A stretch of DNA of 64,000 nucleotides. Origin: Candidatus Hydrogenedentota bacterium (lineage in GTDB: Bacteria; Hydrogenedentota; Hydrogenedentia; Hydrogenedentales; SLHB01). The notes under the pieces were generated by a model that worked only from the letters and a program-made list of their open reading frames with translations, was not told where the DNA came from and did no database searches. Both the position numbers and the translations under genes were made by a program. Positions within the stretch are counted from its first letter, which is position 1. The number at the start of each line of letters is the position of its first letter. Of the stretch, positions 1-10,554 are shown in pieces. Location of the stretch: positions 160,001 to 224,000 of the forward strand of contig CAVUWV010000012.1 in the NCBI GenBank assembly GCA_963745075.1, read 5' to 3'.

Positions 1-1422
1 CTGCAGTGTTATGAGTTCTGGCAGGAGGATCTCGGGAGGACCTATTATTCCTTCGACTACAAGAACTGTCATTTTCTGGTCCTCAACACGGAAGAAGAGC
101 GCTTCGACGGCCGCGGCCCGCGCTGGGAAGCGATGATGACTTTCGCCGAAGCGGACCTCGCGGCACATTCGGACAGCCGTCATACGTTCCTTTTCTTCCA
201 CAAACCCATGTGGGACGATCCCCGTTTCCTCCGCGATTGGGCGCGTCTCGAGAAAGCGTTGAAGGGACACCCGTTCACGGCGGTTGCCGGTCACGAACAC
301 TACCAGATGACCGAGCGGCACAACGGCAACTTGTACGTCGTGCAAAGCGCGACCGGCGCCGGCATCCACTTGAGTGACGTAAGGGAATACGGCTGCTTCC
401 ATAGTTTCGGTTTCGTCACGGTTGATGGGGACGACGTGAGCTACGCACTCGTCGAGCCGGTCGGCGGCATCTGGCCCGTCGACATTGCGCCCGCGTCGTT
501 TCGCCGAGGGATCGTGTTTGACATGCTCATGTTGGACGCGGCCATGCCCGAAGGGCTCGGCTCTCCGACGGTGACCGTAATCGCGACGTTGAATTTCCAC
601 AATGTACTCCCGAAATCGGCCGTTGTACGCGCGATGATCGAACCGCTTCAGGCCTGTGGTTGGGAGCCGGTCGTGACGCCAGATTCCGGCTGGAAGATCG
701 ACGAAAAAACCGCGTCGATTGAACGCGCCCTCGAACCCGGTGAGAAATCGACGGCAAAGATTGAGTTTACCGTGCCCGCCGATCGAGTTTCCTTCCCACC
801 GCGCGTAGATGAAACCGTCGAATACGCGGGCCATGAACTCACGAAAGAAAGCCGACGCATGGAGGAGGTCGACGTAATACCCATTTACCCGGCGGATACC
901 GTTAAAGCTATCCCGGCTTGGCAAATCGTGGGGCCCTTCTCTCTCGGCCCGATCGACACCAGTTTCCTGCCGGACGATCCGGAGAAGGCAAATGCCAACT
1001 TTTTCAAACGATTCGGACCGGAAGACGGGTACGACGCGTCGCGGGTCTACGAAGACGGGTTGGCCTGGCATCCCTGCGACCCCTTGCCGAATGGCTTGTT
1101 GAACTTCAACGCGCTCATGGGCACGACCGACCTCGCGTGCGCCTACGCCCTCTGCGGCGTATACAGCCCGGTCGACCAACTGGTTCATGCGACGGTCTAT
1201 GCGGATAACTTTGCCCAGGTATTTCTGAATGGGGCGCTAGTCGAGGAGGCCCAAAACTTCGGCGCACCCGGTGGATTTGTCTACGTGCCGCTGAACCTGC
1301 ATCGGGGATGGAACGCGGTCACGGCGAAACTGATCAACAACCGTGCCGACTGGTTCCTACGGTTCCTGATTGCGGATCCAAAGGGCAACCTGAAGTTCGC
1401 GGATCACGCGCCTCTCAAGTGA
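1..1422 (+). CDS. Calcineurin-like metallophosphoesterase with C-terminal beta-rich domains (5' truncated by window edge)
   Basis: Frame is open from base 1 (YYSFDYKNCHFLVLNT). It carries FFHKP and AGHEH metallophosphoesterase motifs. Confidence 0.75.
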   Translation: MQCYEFWQEDLGRTYYSFDYKNCHFLVLNTEEERFDGRGPRWEAMMTFAEADLAAHSDSRHTFLFFHKPMWDDPRFLRDWARLEKALKGHPFTAVAGHEHYQMTERHNGNLYVVQSATGAGIHLSDVREYGCFHSFGFVTVDGDDVSYALVEPVGGIWPVDIAPASFRRGIVFDMLMLDAAMPEGLGSPTVTVIATLNFHNVLPKSAVVRAMIEPLQACGWEPVVTPDSGWKIDEKTASIERALEPGEKSTAKIEFTVPADRVSFPPRVDETVEYAGHELTKESRRMEEVDVIPIYPADTVKAIPAWQIVGPFSLGPIDTSFLPDDPEKANANFFKRFGPEDGYDASRVYEDGLAWHPCDPLPNGLLNFNALMGTTDLACAYALCGVYSPVDQLVHATVYADNFAQVFLNGALVEEAQNFGAPGGFVYVPLNLHRGWNAVTAKLINNRADWFLRFLIADPKGNLKFADHAPLK

Positions 1423-1539
1423 ATCGCGTCTAGCCCACATTTCTCACCGCCTGAAAGACTTCGTATTGCGGAGCGTGGAAGAATTCCAGACTGGCGGTTG
1501 CGCTATCTTCCCTCGGCAGAAGCACTTGTGATCTTCTTC

Positions 1540-1568
1540 TCGACAATCTACATAGCTGTTGATATAAT
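1540..1568 (+). promoter_or_regulatory. sigma70-type promoter
   Basis: TCGACA-17 bp-TATAAT with an extended -10 TG, upstream of the PAS kinase. Confidence 0.65.
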
Positions 1569-1655
1569 CAATAGGCAAGGTGATCGGTTAGAAGCAGCAG
1601 GTATCAAGTCAACGAGGCTCTCGGCGGGGGGACCGCGTCTCAGGGAGAGTCATCC

Positions 1656-2717
1656 GTGTCGGCAAAGGGTGACCCGGATAGCGCGCGCGATCTCTACGAG
1701 CTTACCCAAAGCCCGGAAATACTCTACGGGATTTTCGAGTTTGCTCCCGACGCAATCCTCCTCGTGGATTCCGATGGCCGAATAGCCAAAGCCAACGCGC
1801 AGGCATTCAGGATGTTTGGTTACGAGCGCGACGAGTTGGTCGGTGAACTGGTGGAAGTTCTCGTTCCGCAGCGCTTGGCCGATCGCCACGTCGGGTATCG
1901 CTCCGGCTATGTTTCCTCCCCGCGTACGCGTCCGATGGGGGCCGGGCTCGAACTCTTTGGAAAGAGAAGAGACGGCACCGAGTTCCCTGTGGATATCATG
2001 CTGAGTCCCTTGGACACTCACGAGGGCCGCCTGGTGCTTGGCGTCGTCCGCGATGCTACCGAGCGCAAACGGATGGAAGCGGAGGCGCTCCGGGTGCGCG
2101 AGACGTACCTCAAAGAGGTTCACCACCGGGTAAAAAACAACCTGCAAGTGATCTCCTCGTTGCTTTTTCTACAGTCCGTGCACAACCCCGACCCGAACGT
2201 CCTCGAAATCCTCAAAGAAAGCCGGAACCGGGTAAAGTCCATCGCGCTCATCCATGAAAAGTTGTATCGCTCCTCCGGCCTGGTCCGGCTCGATTTCTCG
2301 GAATACGTGCGCGATCTCGTATCGGATCTATTTCGGACCTACGGCATGGATCAACGCGGAATCACCGTGGATATTCGCGTCGAGGACATTGCCCTGGAGA
2401 TCGACACGGCGATTCCCTGCGGGCTTATCGTCAACGAACTTGTCTCGAACGTGCTCAAGCACGCGTTTCCCAGCGGACAAGAGGGGCGTGTGCTTATCGA
2501 ACTCGTTCCCAATGGCCAACGACGCTTTAGTCTTCTCGTGGAAGACAATGGCGCCGGTCTGCCTTCCGATCTTGATTGGCGCACGAGCAGTTCCCTGGGT
2601 TTGAAGCTTGTAAACGATCTCACACGGCAATTAGACGGCACCATCGAGGTGGATACGACCCGAGGCACGGCATACCGGATCGTCTTTCATGAAGTGCAGT
2701 ACAAGGAACGAGGATAA
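1656..2717 (+). CDS. Soluble PAS-domain sensor histidine kinase (HisKA_2 family)
   Basis: PAS domain, EVHHRVKNNLQ H-box, NELVSN and DNGAG boxes, SLGL motif. No TM segment. Confidence 0.9.
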   Translation: MSAKGDPDSARDLYELTQSPEILYGIFEFAPDAILLVDSDGRIAKANAQAFRMFGYERDELVGELVEVLVPQRLADRHVGYRSGYVSSPRTRPMGAGLELFGKRRDGTEFPVDIMLSPLDTHEGRLVLGVVRDATERKRMEAEALRVRETYLKEVHHRVKNNLQVISSLLFLQSVHNPDPNVLEILKESRNRVKSIALIHEKLYRSSGLVRLDFSEYVRDLVSDLFRTYGMDQRGITVDIRVEDIALEIDTAIPCGLIVNELVSNVLKHAFPSGQEGRVLIELVPNGQRRFSLLVEDNGAGLPSDLDWRTSSSLGLKLVNDLTRQLDGTIEVDTTRGTAYRIVFHEVQYKERG

Positions 2718-2721
2718 GACG

Positions 2722-5127
2722 ATGTCAGCTCCAAGAATTCTTGTTGTTGATGACGAAATCATCATCGCACGGGAGGTGGAAGCGCGGCTCAACTCCATGG
2801 GGTACGTCGTTCCTGGTATCGCGTCGTCCGGTGAAGAAGCGGTGCGTTTGGCCGCCGAATACAAGCCGGACCTGATCCTGATGGACATTGTCATCAAAGG
2901 CGACATGGACGGGATCGAGGCCGCCGAAGCGATCCGTCGCGAGTTTCACGTCCCGGTCATCTACGTCACCGCGTACACCGATGAAAAGACATTGGAGCGA
3001 GCGCGGTTGACCGAACCGTTCGCCTACCTCGTCAAGCCGTTCTCCGAGCGCGAACTCAAAGCCAATATCGAAATGGCGCTCTATAAGCACCGCATGGAAG
3101 CGCGGTTGCGGAAAGTGGAACGCTGGTTGACCGAAGCCGTCGACGAAATGACGCACGCTGTCATTGCCGCTGATTGCGAAGGTCGCGTTACCTTCTTCAA
3201 CCAGGGCGCGGAAGCGATCACCGCATGGAAGCGCGAGGAGGCGTTGGGGCGTAGTGTCCACGAAGTGTTTCGGCTCATCAGTCGGAGCAGCGGCGTCCCG
3301 GTCGAATTGCAGACCGCAGCAGAAGGACCATTGGTGTACTTCTCCGAGGACACGGCACTGCTCGATCGTTCGGAAACAGCGGTTCCCGTCGAAAACACGA
3401 CAACCGTATTGCGGGACAACGACGATCGGCCGGTTGGAACGGTGTCCGTGTTTCGGGATCCCACCGGTACCCGATACGGATCGATTGCCGCGCTGAACGC
3501 GGATATCTCCCTGGCGGTTTCCCAGTCGTTAACGCTTCAGGGGATGCTGCAAATGTGTGCGGAGTCAGTCGCGCAACGTCTCCATGCCCCTTTCGCCCGC
3601 GTGTGGACCCTGGACACAAAGGGTACGACCCTGGTCTTGCAGGCCAGCGCCGGCTTGTATACGCATCTCGATCGGGAACACAGCATGATTCCTGTCGGTG
3701 AGTCAGCGATCGGTCGCATCGCATCGCGACAGGAACCGCACTTGACGAACGATGTCTTGAACGATCCCGATATGAGCGATCGCGAGTGGGCTCGCCGTGA
3801 AGGAATGGTTGCGTTTGCCGGGTATCCCCTCGTCGTGGACGAGCGATTGCTCGGCGTTATGGCTGTGTTTTCGCGCACCGAACTGCCGGTGTCCACTTTG
3901 GCGGCGCTTGAGACCATCGCCCACAACCTATCCGTAGGGGTCGAACGGAAGCGACTCGAAGAACAACTTCGGCAGAGCCAAAAGGGGGAAGCTCTGGGAC
4001 AGCTTGCGGCCGGCGTCGCGCACGATTTCAACAACTTACTCACGATCGTCGCCTCATGCAGCGATATGCTCCTGACATCGGAATGCGTGAATCCGGAGGA
4101 TAAGGCGTTGATTCGGGAAATCGAACAGGCCGGCACGCGCGCTGCCTCCCTGACTCGTCAACTCCTGGCGTTCAGCCGGAAACAAGTCGTCGAGCCCACG
4201 GTCTTGCGACTGAACGATGTCGTCGGAAACATTGAAAGAATGCTCCACCGGCTAATCGGAGAGGATATAGCGCTTTCGACACAACTCGATCCTAAATTGA
4301 AACCGATTATCGCCGATGTGGGACAAATCGAGCAGGTCGTGTTAAACCTCGCGCTGAATTCGCGGGACGCGATGGAGATGGGCGGGCAACTGACCATTGA
4401 AACCGGGAATGTTGTGCTGGACCGCGACTATACCCAGGCGAGGCCCGAACTTGCCACGGGTAATTACGTGATGATTGCGGTGTCGGACACGGGGTGTGGC
4501 ATGTCCCCGGAGGTGTTGGACCGCGTGTTCGAACCCTATTTCACGACCAAGGAGCCGGGCAAGGGCACCGGGCTCGGGCTCGCCACGGTATTCGGCATTG
4601 TTAAGCAATGGGGCGGCCACATTTCCGCGTACAGCGAACGGGGCGTCGGCACCACGTTCAAGGTCTATTTTCCGGAAGGAACCGGGGAACAGACGGCGAG
4701 CGCGGCCGAATCCCAGGGTTTGGACCTTCCTCGCGGCGACGAAACGATTCTCGTCGTCGAGGACGATGAAGCGGTCCGATCACTGACCTGTCGCGTTCTT
4801 CGAATGTGTGGGTATACTGTCCTCGAGGCCGGAAGCGGGATGATGGCGTTGGGCGTCACCCAGAAGCACAAAGGGCCAATCGATCTGCTGTTGACAGACG
4901 TGGTCATGCCCAATATGGGTGGACGAAGCCTCGCCAAACGAATCGCAAAAGCGCGCCCCGCGTGTCAGGTGCTATACGTGTCAGGCTACACGGACGACAC
5001 GGTCGTGCGGCACGGGATTCTACGCGCCCACTCCTCGTTCTTGCAGAAACCATTCACGCCTCGTGCTTTGGCGGAGAAAGTGCGTGCGTTGTTGGACAAT
5101 CGGAGTCCCGACCCAGGACGAAACTGA
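2722..5127 (+). CDS. Hybrid response regulator/histidine kinase (REC-PAS-GAF-HisKA-HATPase-REC)
   Basis: N-terminal REC (ILVVDD, LMD, KPF), GAF, AHDFNN H-box, GKGTGLGL, C-terminal REC. Start placed at the ATG after GAGG, 4 bp after the upstream stop. Confidence 0.92.
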   Translation: MSAPRILVVDDEIIIAREVEARLNSMGYVVPGIASSGEEAVRLAAEYKPDLILMDIVIKGDMDGIEAAEAIRREFHVPVIYVTAYTDEKTLERARLTEPFAYLVKPFSERELKANIEMALYKHRMEARLRKVERWLTEAVDEMTHAVIAADCEGRVTFFNQGAEAITAWKREEALGRSVHEVFRLISRSSGVPVELQTAAEGPLVYFSEDTALLDRSETAVPVENTTTVLRDNDDRPVGTVSVFRDPTGTRYGSIAALNADISLAVSQSLTLQGMLQMCAESVAQRLHAPFARVWTLDTKGTTLVLQASAGLYTHLDREHSMIPVGESAIGRIASRQEPHLTNDVLNDPDMSDREWARREGMVAFAGYPLVVDERLLGVMAVFSRTELPVSTLAALETIAHNLSVGVERKRLEEQLRQSQKGEALGQLAAGVAHDFNNLLTIVASCSDMLLTSECVNPEDKALIREIEQAGTRAASLTRQLLAFSRKQVVEPTVLRLNDVVGNIERMLHRLIGEDIALSTQLDPKLKPIIADVGQIEQVVLNLALNSRDAMEMGGQLTIETGNVVLDRDYTQARPELATGNYVMIAVSDTGCGMSPEVLDRVFEPYFTTKEPGKGTGLGLATVFGIVKQWGGHISAYSERGVGTTFKVYFPEGTGEQTASAAESQGLDLPRGDETILVVEDDEAVRSLTCRVLRMCGYTVLEAGSGMMALGVTQKHKGPIDLLLTDVVMPNMGGRSLAKRIAKARPACQVLYVSGYTDDTVVRHGILRAHSSFLQKPFTPRALAEKVRALLDNRSPDPGRN

Positions 5128-5283
5128 CGATCGACGAATGATTGCTCCGGTCTCGATGCGTAGCAGCCTTCCAAGCGCCGCGTTATCGATGGTCCGGGAC
5201 GTAACGTAGTCCCGGCGGCGATACGTTTGCACAGGGATCCATCTTCGTCGCATACGCACAACATCAGCGCTTTCCGTCCTGTG

Positions 5284-6594
5284 TCATTCCCCCGCCGGCA
5301 ACGGGCGGACGTGGGGGAGTTCCGCCCGAAAGTCGCCCAAACTCGACCAGTACAGGTGCTTATCCAAATCGACCTCGGCTACCGTCACCGTGCCCCATTC
5401 CTTGGCCTGCGCGATGACCTGTCCTTCCCGATCGAACACGCCCGTGATCATCCAGTGGGAACTCACGTCCGTGTAGGTGCTGCTCACAACAAAAACGTGG
5501 TTCTCGCACGCCCTTGCCGCCGCCAGCATGGGATTGCACCCCGCTACGGGGAACGCGATGACTTCCGCGCCGCGATTGGCCAGTTCCCGGGCGACCTCCG
5601 GGAAGAATCCGTCATAGCAAATCATCATACCGACCTTGCCGAATGCCGTATCGAACACCGGATACTCGTGCCCCGGCATGATGCCCATGTCGACTTCCGT
5701 TCGCGGGAGCGTAACTTTCCGGTACTTGCCCACGATCGCTCCCTGGGGATCGATCAAGACTGCCACGTTGTAGATCAGGTGTCCTTCCCGTTCGACCAAT
5801 CCGACGACAAGATACAAACCATACTGTTTCGCCAGCGACCCGAAGTATTTCGTCGACGGTCCCGGGATCGGCTCCGCCACGTCCAGGTACGTCAAACCGT
5901 TGTTCGTGCACGTCAACGTTTCCGGCAACACGACGAGGTTGACATCCTGCGCCGCGGCCTCCGCAATCAACGGTGCGAACTGCTCGCAATTCTCCATCGT
6001 CGTCGTGCCGCCCTTCGGCGTGTAATGAATCGCCGCCAGCCGCACCTTCCGGCTCTTCGGCGGATCGCACGGCGTCAGCGATACGTGCCGCCATTCCGCC
6101 TCTGCGTTCGCCGCCCAGCGAAGGTGAAGTTCCACGATTGCCTGGGTCGCGTGTGACGGCGCCCGATACACCTCCGAGATCTCCGTCCACCCGTCTGCAT
6201 CCGTTTCGCGGTCGCTTGGATACTCCGGTTCCGCCAGCGGCGGCACCCCGCCTGCAAACGTGTTTGCCCCGGGTTCATCCCGATCCACAGGTTTCCCATC
6301 TTCATCTCGCCAGAGAATCCGTGCCACCGCACACCGCCGCGGCAACGTCACATTCGTCAACTTCCGACTTGCCGAGAATTGGTAGTACTGCCCACCCTCG
6401 ATAGGAAACGTTTTCACCCAGCGCCCATCCAATCCTTCGCGGTCGTCCGTACGGATACTCAAATGGACCGCATCGCCAACAGTCGCCAACGTAAACTCCG
6501 GCCGCGTTTCATCACGGATAGCGCTTGAGTGCCAAGCGGTCGCAGTTGGAGAAGCGGCAATGCTAACGGTGAGAGCGAAAAGGAATGTCGACAT
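5284..6594 (-). CDS. Carbon-nitrogen hydrolase (nitrilase superfamily) with signal peptide and extra N-terminal domain
   Basis: Catalytic triad motifs LPE, YRK and ICYD; hydrophobic N-terminal signal. Confidence 0.85.
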   Translation of the reverse strand: MSTFLFALTVSIAASPTATAWHSSAIRDETRPEFTLATVGDAVHLSIRTDDREGLDGRWVKTFPIEGGQYYQFSASRKLTNVTLPRRCAVARILWRDEDGKPVDRDEPGANTFAGGVPPLAEPEYPSDRETDADGWTEISEVYRAPSHATQAIVELHLRWAANAEAEWRHVSLTPCDPPKSRKVRLAAIHYTPKGGTTTMENCEQFAPLIAEAAAQDVNLVVLPETLTCTNNGLTYLDVAEPIPGPSTKYFGSLAKQYGLYLVVGLVEREGHLIYNVAVLIDPQGAIVGKYRKVTLPRTEVDMGIMPGHEYPVFDTAFGKVGMMICYDGFFPEVARELANRGAEVIAFPVAGCNPMLAAARACENHVFVVSSTYTDVSSHWMITGVFDREGQVIAQAKEWGTVTVAEVDLDKHLYWSSLGDFRAELPHVRPLPAGE

Positions 6595-6734
6595 AGGCTG
6601 AGAATCCCAGAACTCAATAACTGGTAGATTACCTTACGTGTTCACATGGCCGAGGTCAACAACAAGAGGAGGAGCAGGCAAGTCTCTACGTGCACGCTTG
6701 CGAAGCAAGCCACGAAAAGTCTATTGGAAGGGGC

Positions 6735-6772
6735 GCGGGAGACCCTTTTCTGCCGAGAAAAGGTTCCCCCGC
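6735..6772. repeat. Imperfect hairpin, possible terminator or dispersed palindrome
   Basis: GCGGGAGACCCTTTTCT-gccg-AGAAAAGGTTCCCCCGC. Confidence 0.45.
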
Positions 6773-6832
6773 CTTTTTCTCGTTCCTACCGTTCCCGTCC
6801 AGACGCTCAGACCGCCAGAGGGCGTATGCCGG

Positions 6833-8968
6833 TCACGCGAATGACGCGTTTAACGGGAGAATCTCCGGTGGCTTCCCCGTCGCTGCGAACATGGCATTGG
6901 CAATCGCGGGCGCAATCGCAATCATGGGCGTTTCTCCAGCCCCGACCGACGGCAAATCTGTCCGGTTTAAGAGCACGACGTCGATCTGCGGCACGTCCTT
7001 GAATCGCGGCACCTCGTAATCCTTGAATCGCGGGTTCAGTATCTTGCCGTCTTTGAAGGCAATCGCCTCGCGCAACGCCCCGCCCAGACCCATTACGATG
7101 CAGCCTTCTACTTGAGCGCGAAGGTTCTTGGGATTCACAATCGCCCCGCATTCGAAGGCCTCGCACACGCGTTTCACGACAACCTTCTTCGCATCCGTAT
7201 CAATCGCGATCTCCACGCAAGCCGCCACGTATGACCCTTTCTCCGTCCCACACGCGAGGCCATAGACGGCGTCGTCCGGACTCTCGCTCCACTTGAACGC
7301 TTTCGTGGCCGCGTTCAGGACATCCTTCAGCCGCTGCTCCTTTATGTACTTCAACCGGAAGGAGAATGGGTCCTGACCCACTGCGGCCGCGATACGATCG
7401 ATGAAGGCTTCGCGCGCAAAGTTGTTGGCCGGGGCCGCGAGTGCCCGGTAGGAACCTTCCCGCAACGGCGACTCGCAGGGCTGAAATCGAATCCGTTGGT
7501 TCGGAAATGCATAGGGGCAGTCGATGCCTGCGCCGCCCGAATTGTAGTTGGTGAAGTCCCACGCCGTAACGGTACCGTCGGCATCCACCGCGGCCGCGAT
7601 CTCCAGCACCCCGGCCGGCCGGAAGTAGGCCCACGTGAACTCCTCTTCCCGCGTCCAGAAGACCGCCACCGGTTTCTCGACGGCTTGGGCGAGTCGCGCA
7701 GCTTCTACCGCCGCATCGCCGCGATGTTTCCCGCCAAACCCGCCGCCACAATCGGGTTGAATGACGCGGACCTTGGATTCGGAAATGCTAAAGGCCTCCG
7801 CCAACTCGCTCCGCACGCCGAACGGCACTTGCGTACCCGTCCAGACGGTGACCTTCCCATCGTTCCACTCGGCGACCGCCGCACGCGGTTCCAGGGGCGT
7901 ATGTTGGATGTACGATACGCCGTACGTGCCCTGAACCACCTGCTTTGCCCGCGCCATCGCTGCGTCCACGTCACCGTCCGTTTGCTCACGCACACCATTT
8001 CGGCCGGAACCGTTCTGTGCATTCTCTTTCAGATACTGGAACAAATCCGCGCTGGACGGATTCGGCACAGCATCCCAGTTTGCCGATGCCGCCAACATAT
8101 CCAGGGCCTGTTGGGCGGCGCGACTGTTTGGCGCGGTTACACCAACAAAATCGCCGTCTCGCACGACGGATACGCCGGGCAATTTCTTTGTCGCGGCCGT
8201 ATCGACGGATATGAGCTTTGCGCCATACGACGGAGGACGCAGGATCTTCCCATACACCATTCCCGGCCGCCGAATGTCGTAGGGGTATTGATGCGCACCG
8301 GTCGCGATCGCGCGCGAGCCCACCTTCATCACGGGCTGTCCCATGGTTTTCCACGCGTTTGGTGAGGTCAACGCCGCGTCGCCGCGCTCCACATTGGACA
8401 ACGCGTTGTCCACGCCCGACACGGCAGCGACCAGTTCCGCAAGATTCATGGAATGCCCGTCGGGGTGTGCGATCGCGCCCGCTTCTACGGTCGCCTTGTC
8501 CGGGTCGGCGTTCCAATGCTTGCAGGCCAACTCCACGAGCAATTCCCGCGCGGCCACGGCTGCGTTTCGTATGGTGGGAATCGTGCGCGGCGTCGTCTGG
8601 CTGCCGTAGGTGCCGCCATCATCGGGAACCTGGTCCGTGTCGCCCATGACCAAGCCCACCTGCTCGAACGGGAGGTGCAACTCTTCCGCCGCCGCCTGAC
8701 CGATTTCCGTGCGCGAACCCTGGCCCACTTCCACCTTGCCGGTGAAAACCGTCACGCGACCGTCGGCGTCGATGTGAAACCGGCTGACGCCCGGCGCATC
8801 CTCGTGGCTTCTGCGTTGGGCAAAGGCGATACCGCCCGTCGACGTGATCAGCAACCCCGTGCCCACCACCTGAACGAAAGCTCGCCGCGAGAGGCTGAAC
8901 TGATACCGTGGCGCCTCCGTGAATTCGTACCGTTCAGGTTCCATGGAGTCGATGTCATGGTCCATCAT
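6833..8968 (-). CDS. Xanthine dehydrogenase family molybdopterin-binding subunit (isoquinoline 1-oxidoreductase beta-like), Tat-exported
   Basis: SRRAF Tat motif, GKVEVGQG, GGGFGGK, QVEG and GAGE motifs. Confidence 0.9.
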   Translation of the reverse strand: MMDHDIDSMEPERYEFTEAPRYQFSLSRRAFVQVVGTGLLITSTGGIAFAQRRSHEDAPGVSRFHIDADGRVTVFTGKVEVGQGSRTEIGQAAAEELHLPFEQVGLVMGDTDQVPDDGGTYGSQTTPRTIPTIRNAAVAARELLVELACKHWNADPDKATVEAGAIAHPDGHSMNLAELVAAVSGVDNALSNVERGDAALTSPNAWKTMGQPVMKVGSRAIATGAHQYPYDIRRPGMVYGKILRPPSYGAKLISVDTAATKKLPGVSVVRDGDFVGVTAPNSRAAQQALDMLAASANWDAVPNPSSADLFQYLKENAQNGSGRNGVREQTDGDVDAAMARAKQVVQGTYGVSYIQHTPLEPRAAVAEWNDGKVTVWTGTQVPFGVRSELAEAFSISESKVRVIQPDCGGGFGGKHRGDAAVEAARLAQAVEKPVAVFWTREEEFTWAYFRPAGVLEIAAAVDADGTVTAWDFTNYNSGGAGIDCPYAFPNQRIRFQPCESPLREGSYRALAAPANNFAREAFIDRIAAAVGQDPFSFRLKYIKEQRLKDVLNAATKAFKWSESPDDAVYGLACGTEKGSYVAACVEIAIDTDAKKVVVKRVCEAFECGAIVNPKNLRAQVEGCIVMGLGGALREAIAFKDGKILNPRFKDYEVPRFKDVPQIDVVLLNRTDLPSVGAGETPMIAIAPAIANAMFAATGKPPEILPLNASFA

Positions 8969-9441
8969 GCCGTCGCCCCCTGCATCATTTTCGACGCGGT
9001 TTCGATCGCATTGACGATATTGGCGTAATTACAGCAGCGGCAGAGGTTGCCATCCATGAACTCCACGATCTGCTCGCGGGTAGGATTCGGGTTCACCCGC
9101 AACAGAGCCACCGCAGTCAGGATCATTCCCGGTACGCAGTAGCCGCACTGCATGGCCTGCTCGGCAATGAACGCCTCCTGCACCGGGTGCAACGTGTCGC
9201 CTTGTGCCAGTCCCTCGATGGTGACCAGATCTTTGCCGTCCGCTTTGCTGACTGGCACCTGGCATGACGCTAACGGCCGTCCGTCCACCAGGACGGTGCA
9301 GGCCCGGCAACTCCCTTCCCCGCAGCCGAACTTGGTGCCCGTCAACTCGAGATCTTCCCGCAAAACTTCCAAGAGGGACCGGTCCGTGTCGGTTTCGACA
9401 CTTTGTTTCAGACCGTTCACAGTAAACTCGATACGGGCCAT
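8965..9441 (-). CDS. (2Fe-2S)-binding small subunit (IorA/CoxS-like)
   Basis: GCGEGSCRAC, QCGYC and NLCRC motifs. Start at ATG 9441 after GGGGAGG; overlaps the large-subunit start. Confidence 0.92.
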   Translation of the reverse strand: MARIEFTVNGLKQSVETDTDRSLLEVLREDLELTGTKFGCGEGSCRACTVLVDGRPLASCQVPVSKADGKDLVTIEGLAQGDTLHPVQEAFIAEQAMQCGYCVPGMILTAVALLRVNPNPTREQIVEFMDGNLCRCCNYANIVNAIETASKMMQGATA

Positions 9442-9653
9442 GGGCACCTCCCCGATGTTGAAATCTGCAAAAGCTATGACCATTCTAGGCCGATTTCGGC
9501 GATCCGGCAACCTTGTCAGGGTTGCATTGGTCGCACTATGGAACCCCGGAACCTGCGTCGGGGTTTCATGAATGTACCTAGTCCATGTGTCGTCATTTGT
9601 CCCGTTGGGTTATACCCGTCTCGTTACCGTCGTCAGACGAAGGAGATTCGAAG

Positions 9654-10367
9654 ATGAAGCGCGCAAGAGATCGCAAACTATTGGGAATAAACAGGCACCT
9701 CGTGATCGGATTGGTTGTCATCACCGGATGCGCCCTTTGGGCCGTCCCCGCTTTTGCCCAAGGAGCTGGCGGACCTCAACTTAGCGCCGCAGACCGCGCC
9801 GCTGCATGGGAAGTCCAGGCCAAAGGGGTCGCGACCAGCCTGGGTCTTAATGAAGATCAATCCGCGAAATTGAAAGACGCGTACACCGCTAGCCGTCAGA
9901 AGCTGCAGGGCGAAGTCGAGAAGCTTGCCAGCTCCAGCGAAGGCGGCCGCGGCCGGTTTGAAGCCTACCGTACGGCCATGGGAGACGAGCGGAAAGCGCT
10001 CAAGACCACCCTGTCTGGATTTCTGACGCCCGAGCAGACCGACAAAGCCATCGCGTCACTAGGCAGTTACAGCCGCATCTGGGACCGGATGGTCAACACC
10101 CTGACCGGGATGAACCTCGAAGAAGCCAAATTGAACGAGGCGCTCAATCTCGTCGCTGGTTACGTCGCCGAATCCTCCGTCGCCATGCAAGACGCGGCCC
10201 AGCAAAGTGACTGGCAAGCCATCCGGACGAAGATGCAGGACCTCAAAACCGGATTGGATACATCGCTTGCGAAAGTCCTGACCGAAGAGCAACTGGCGAC
10301 GTGGAAAACCGATACGGCCTTCAGGAGCCGTGGAGGGGGACAACGCGGGGAAAGCGGCAACGGTTGA
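9654..10367 (+). CDS. Exported alpha-helical hypothetical protein (Spy/CpxP-like LTxxQ repeats)
   Basis: AAGGAG RBS, signal peptide ending AFA, LNEDQ/LTPEQ/LTEEQ motifs. Confidence 0.6.
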   Translation: MKRARDRKLLGINRHLVIGLVVITGCALWAVPAFAQGAGGPQLSAADRAAAWEVQAKGVATSLGLNEDQSAKLKDAYTASRQKLQGEVEKLASSSEGGRGRFEAYRTAMGDERKALKTTLSGFLTPEQTDKAIASLGSYSRIWDRMVNTLTGMNLEEAKLNEALNLVAGYVAESSVAMQDAAQQSDWQAIRTKMQDLKTGLDTSLAKVLTEEQLATWKTDTAFRSRGGGQRGESGNG

Positions 10368-10406
10368 CCATTCCACGCAAATACGTTACGCAAACCTAAC
10401 AAACCA

Positions 10407-10451
10407 TTCGGACCGATTGGATATTCGGCAGTGACCACCAATCGGTCCGAA
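10407..10451. repeat. Perfect 14 bp inverted repeat
   Basis: TTCGGACCGATTGG-17 nt-CCAATCGGTCCGAA, intergenic. Confidence 0.7.
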
Positions 10452-10554
10452 GTCTTTTACATCGAGCATCTTCCGTAGTCGGGAATCCGGCCGAGCGTTC
10501 GGGTGTTTCCCCCCTTTGAGGGGTTGGTATGACTCCCCACAAGGAATCGCGAAA

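Noticed and set aside
9442..9653. Moco riboswitch upstream of the molybdoenzyme
   Set aside because: Conserved Moco RNA elements not recognisable by eye; needs an Infernal search.
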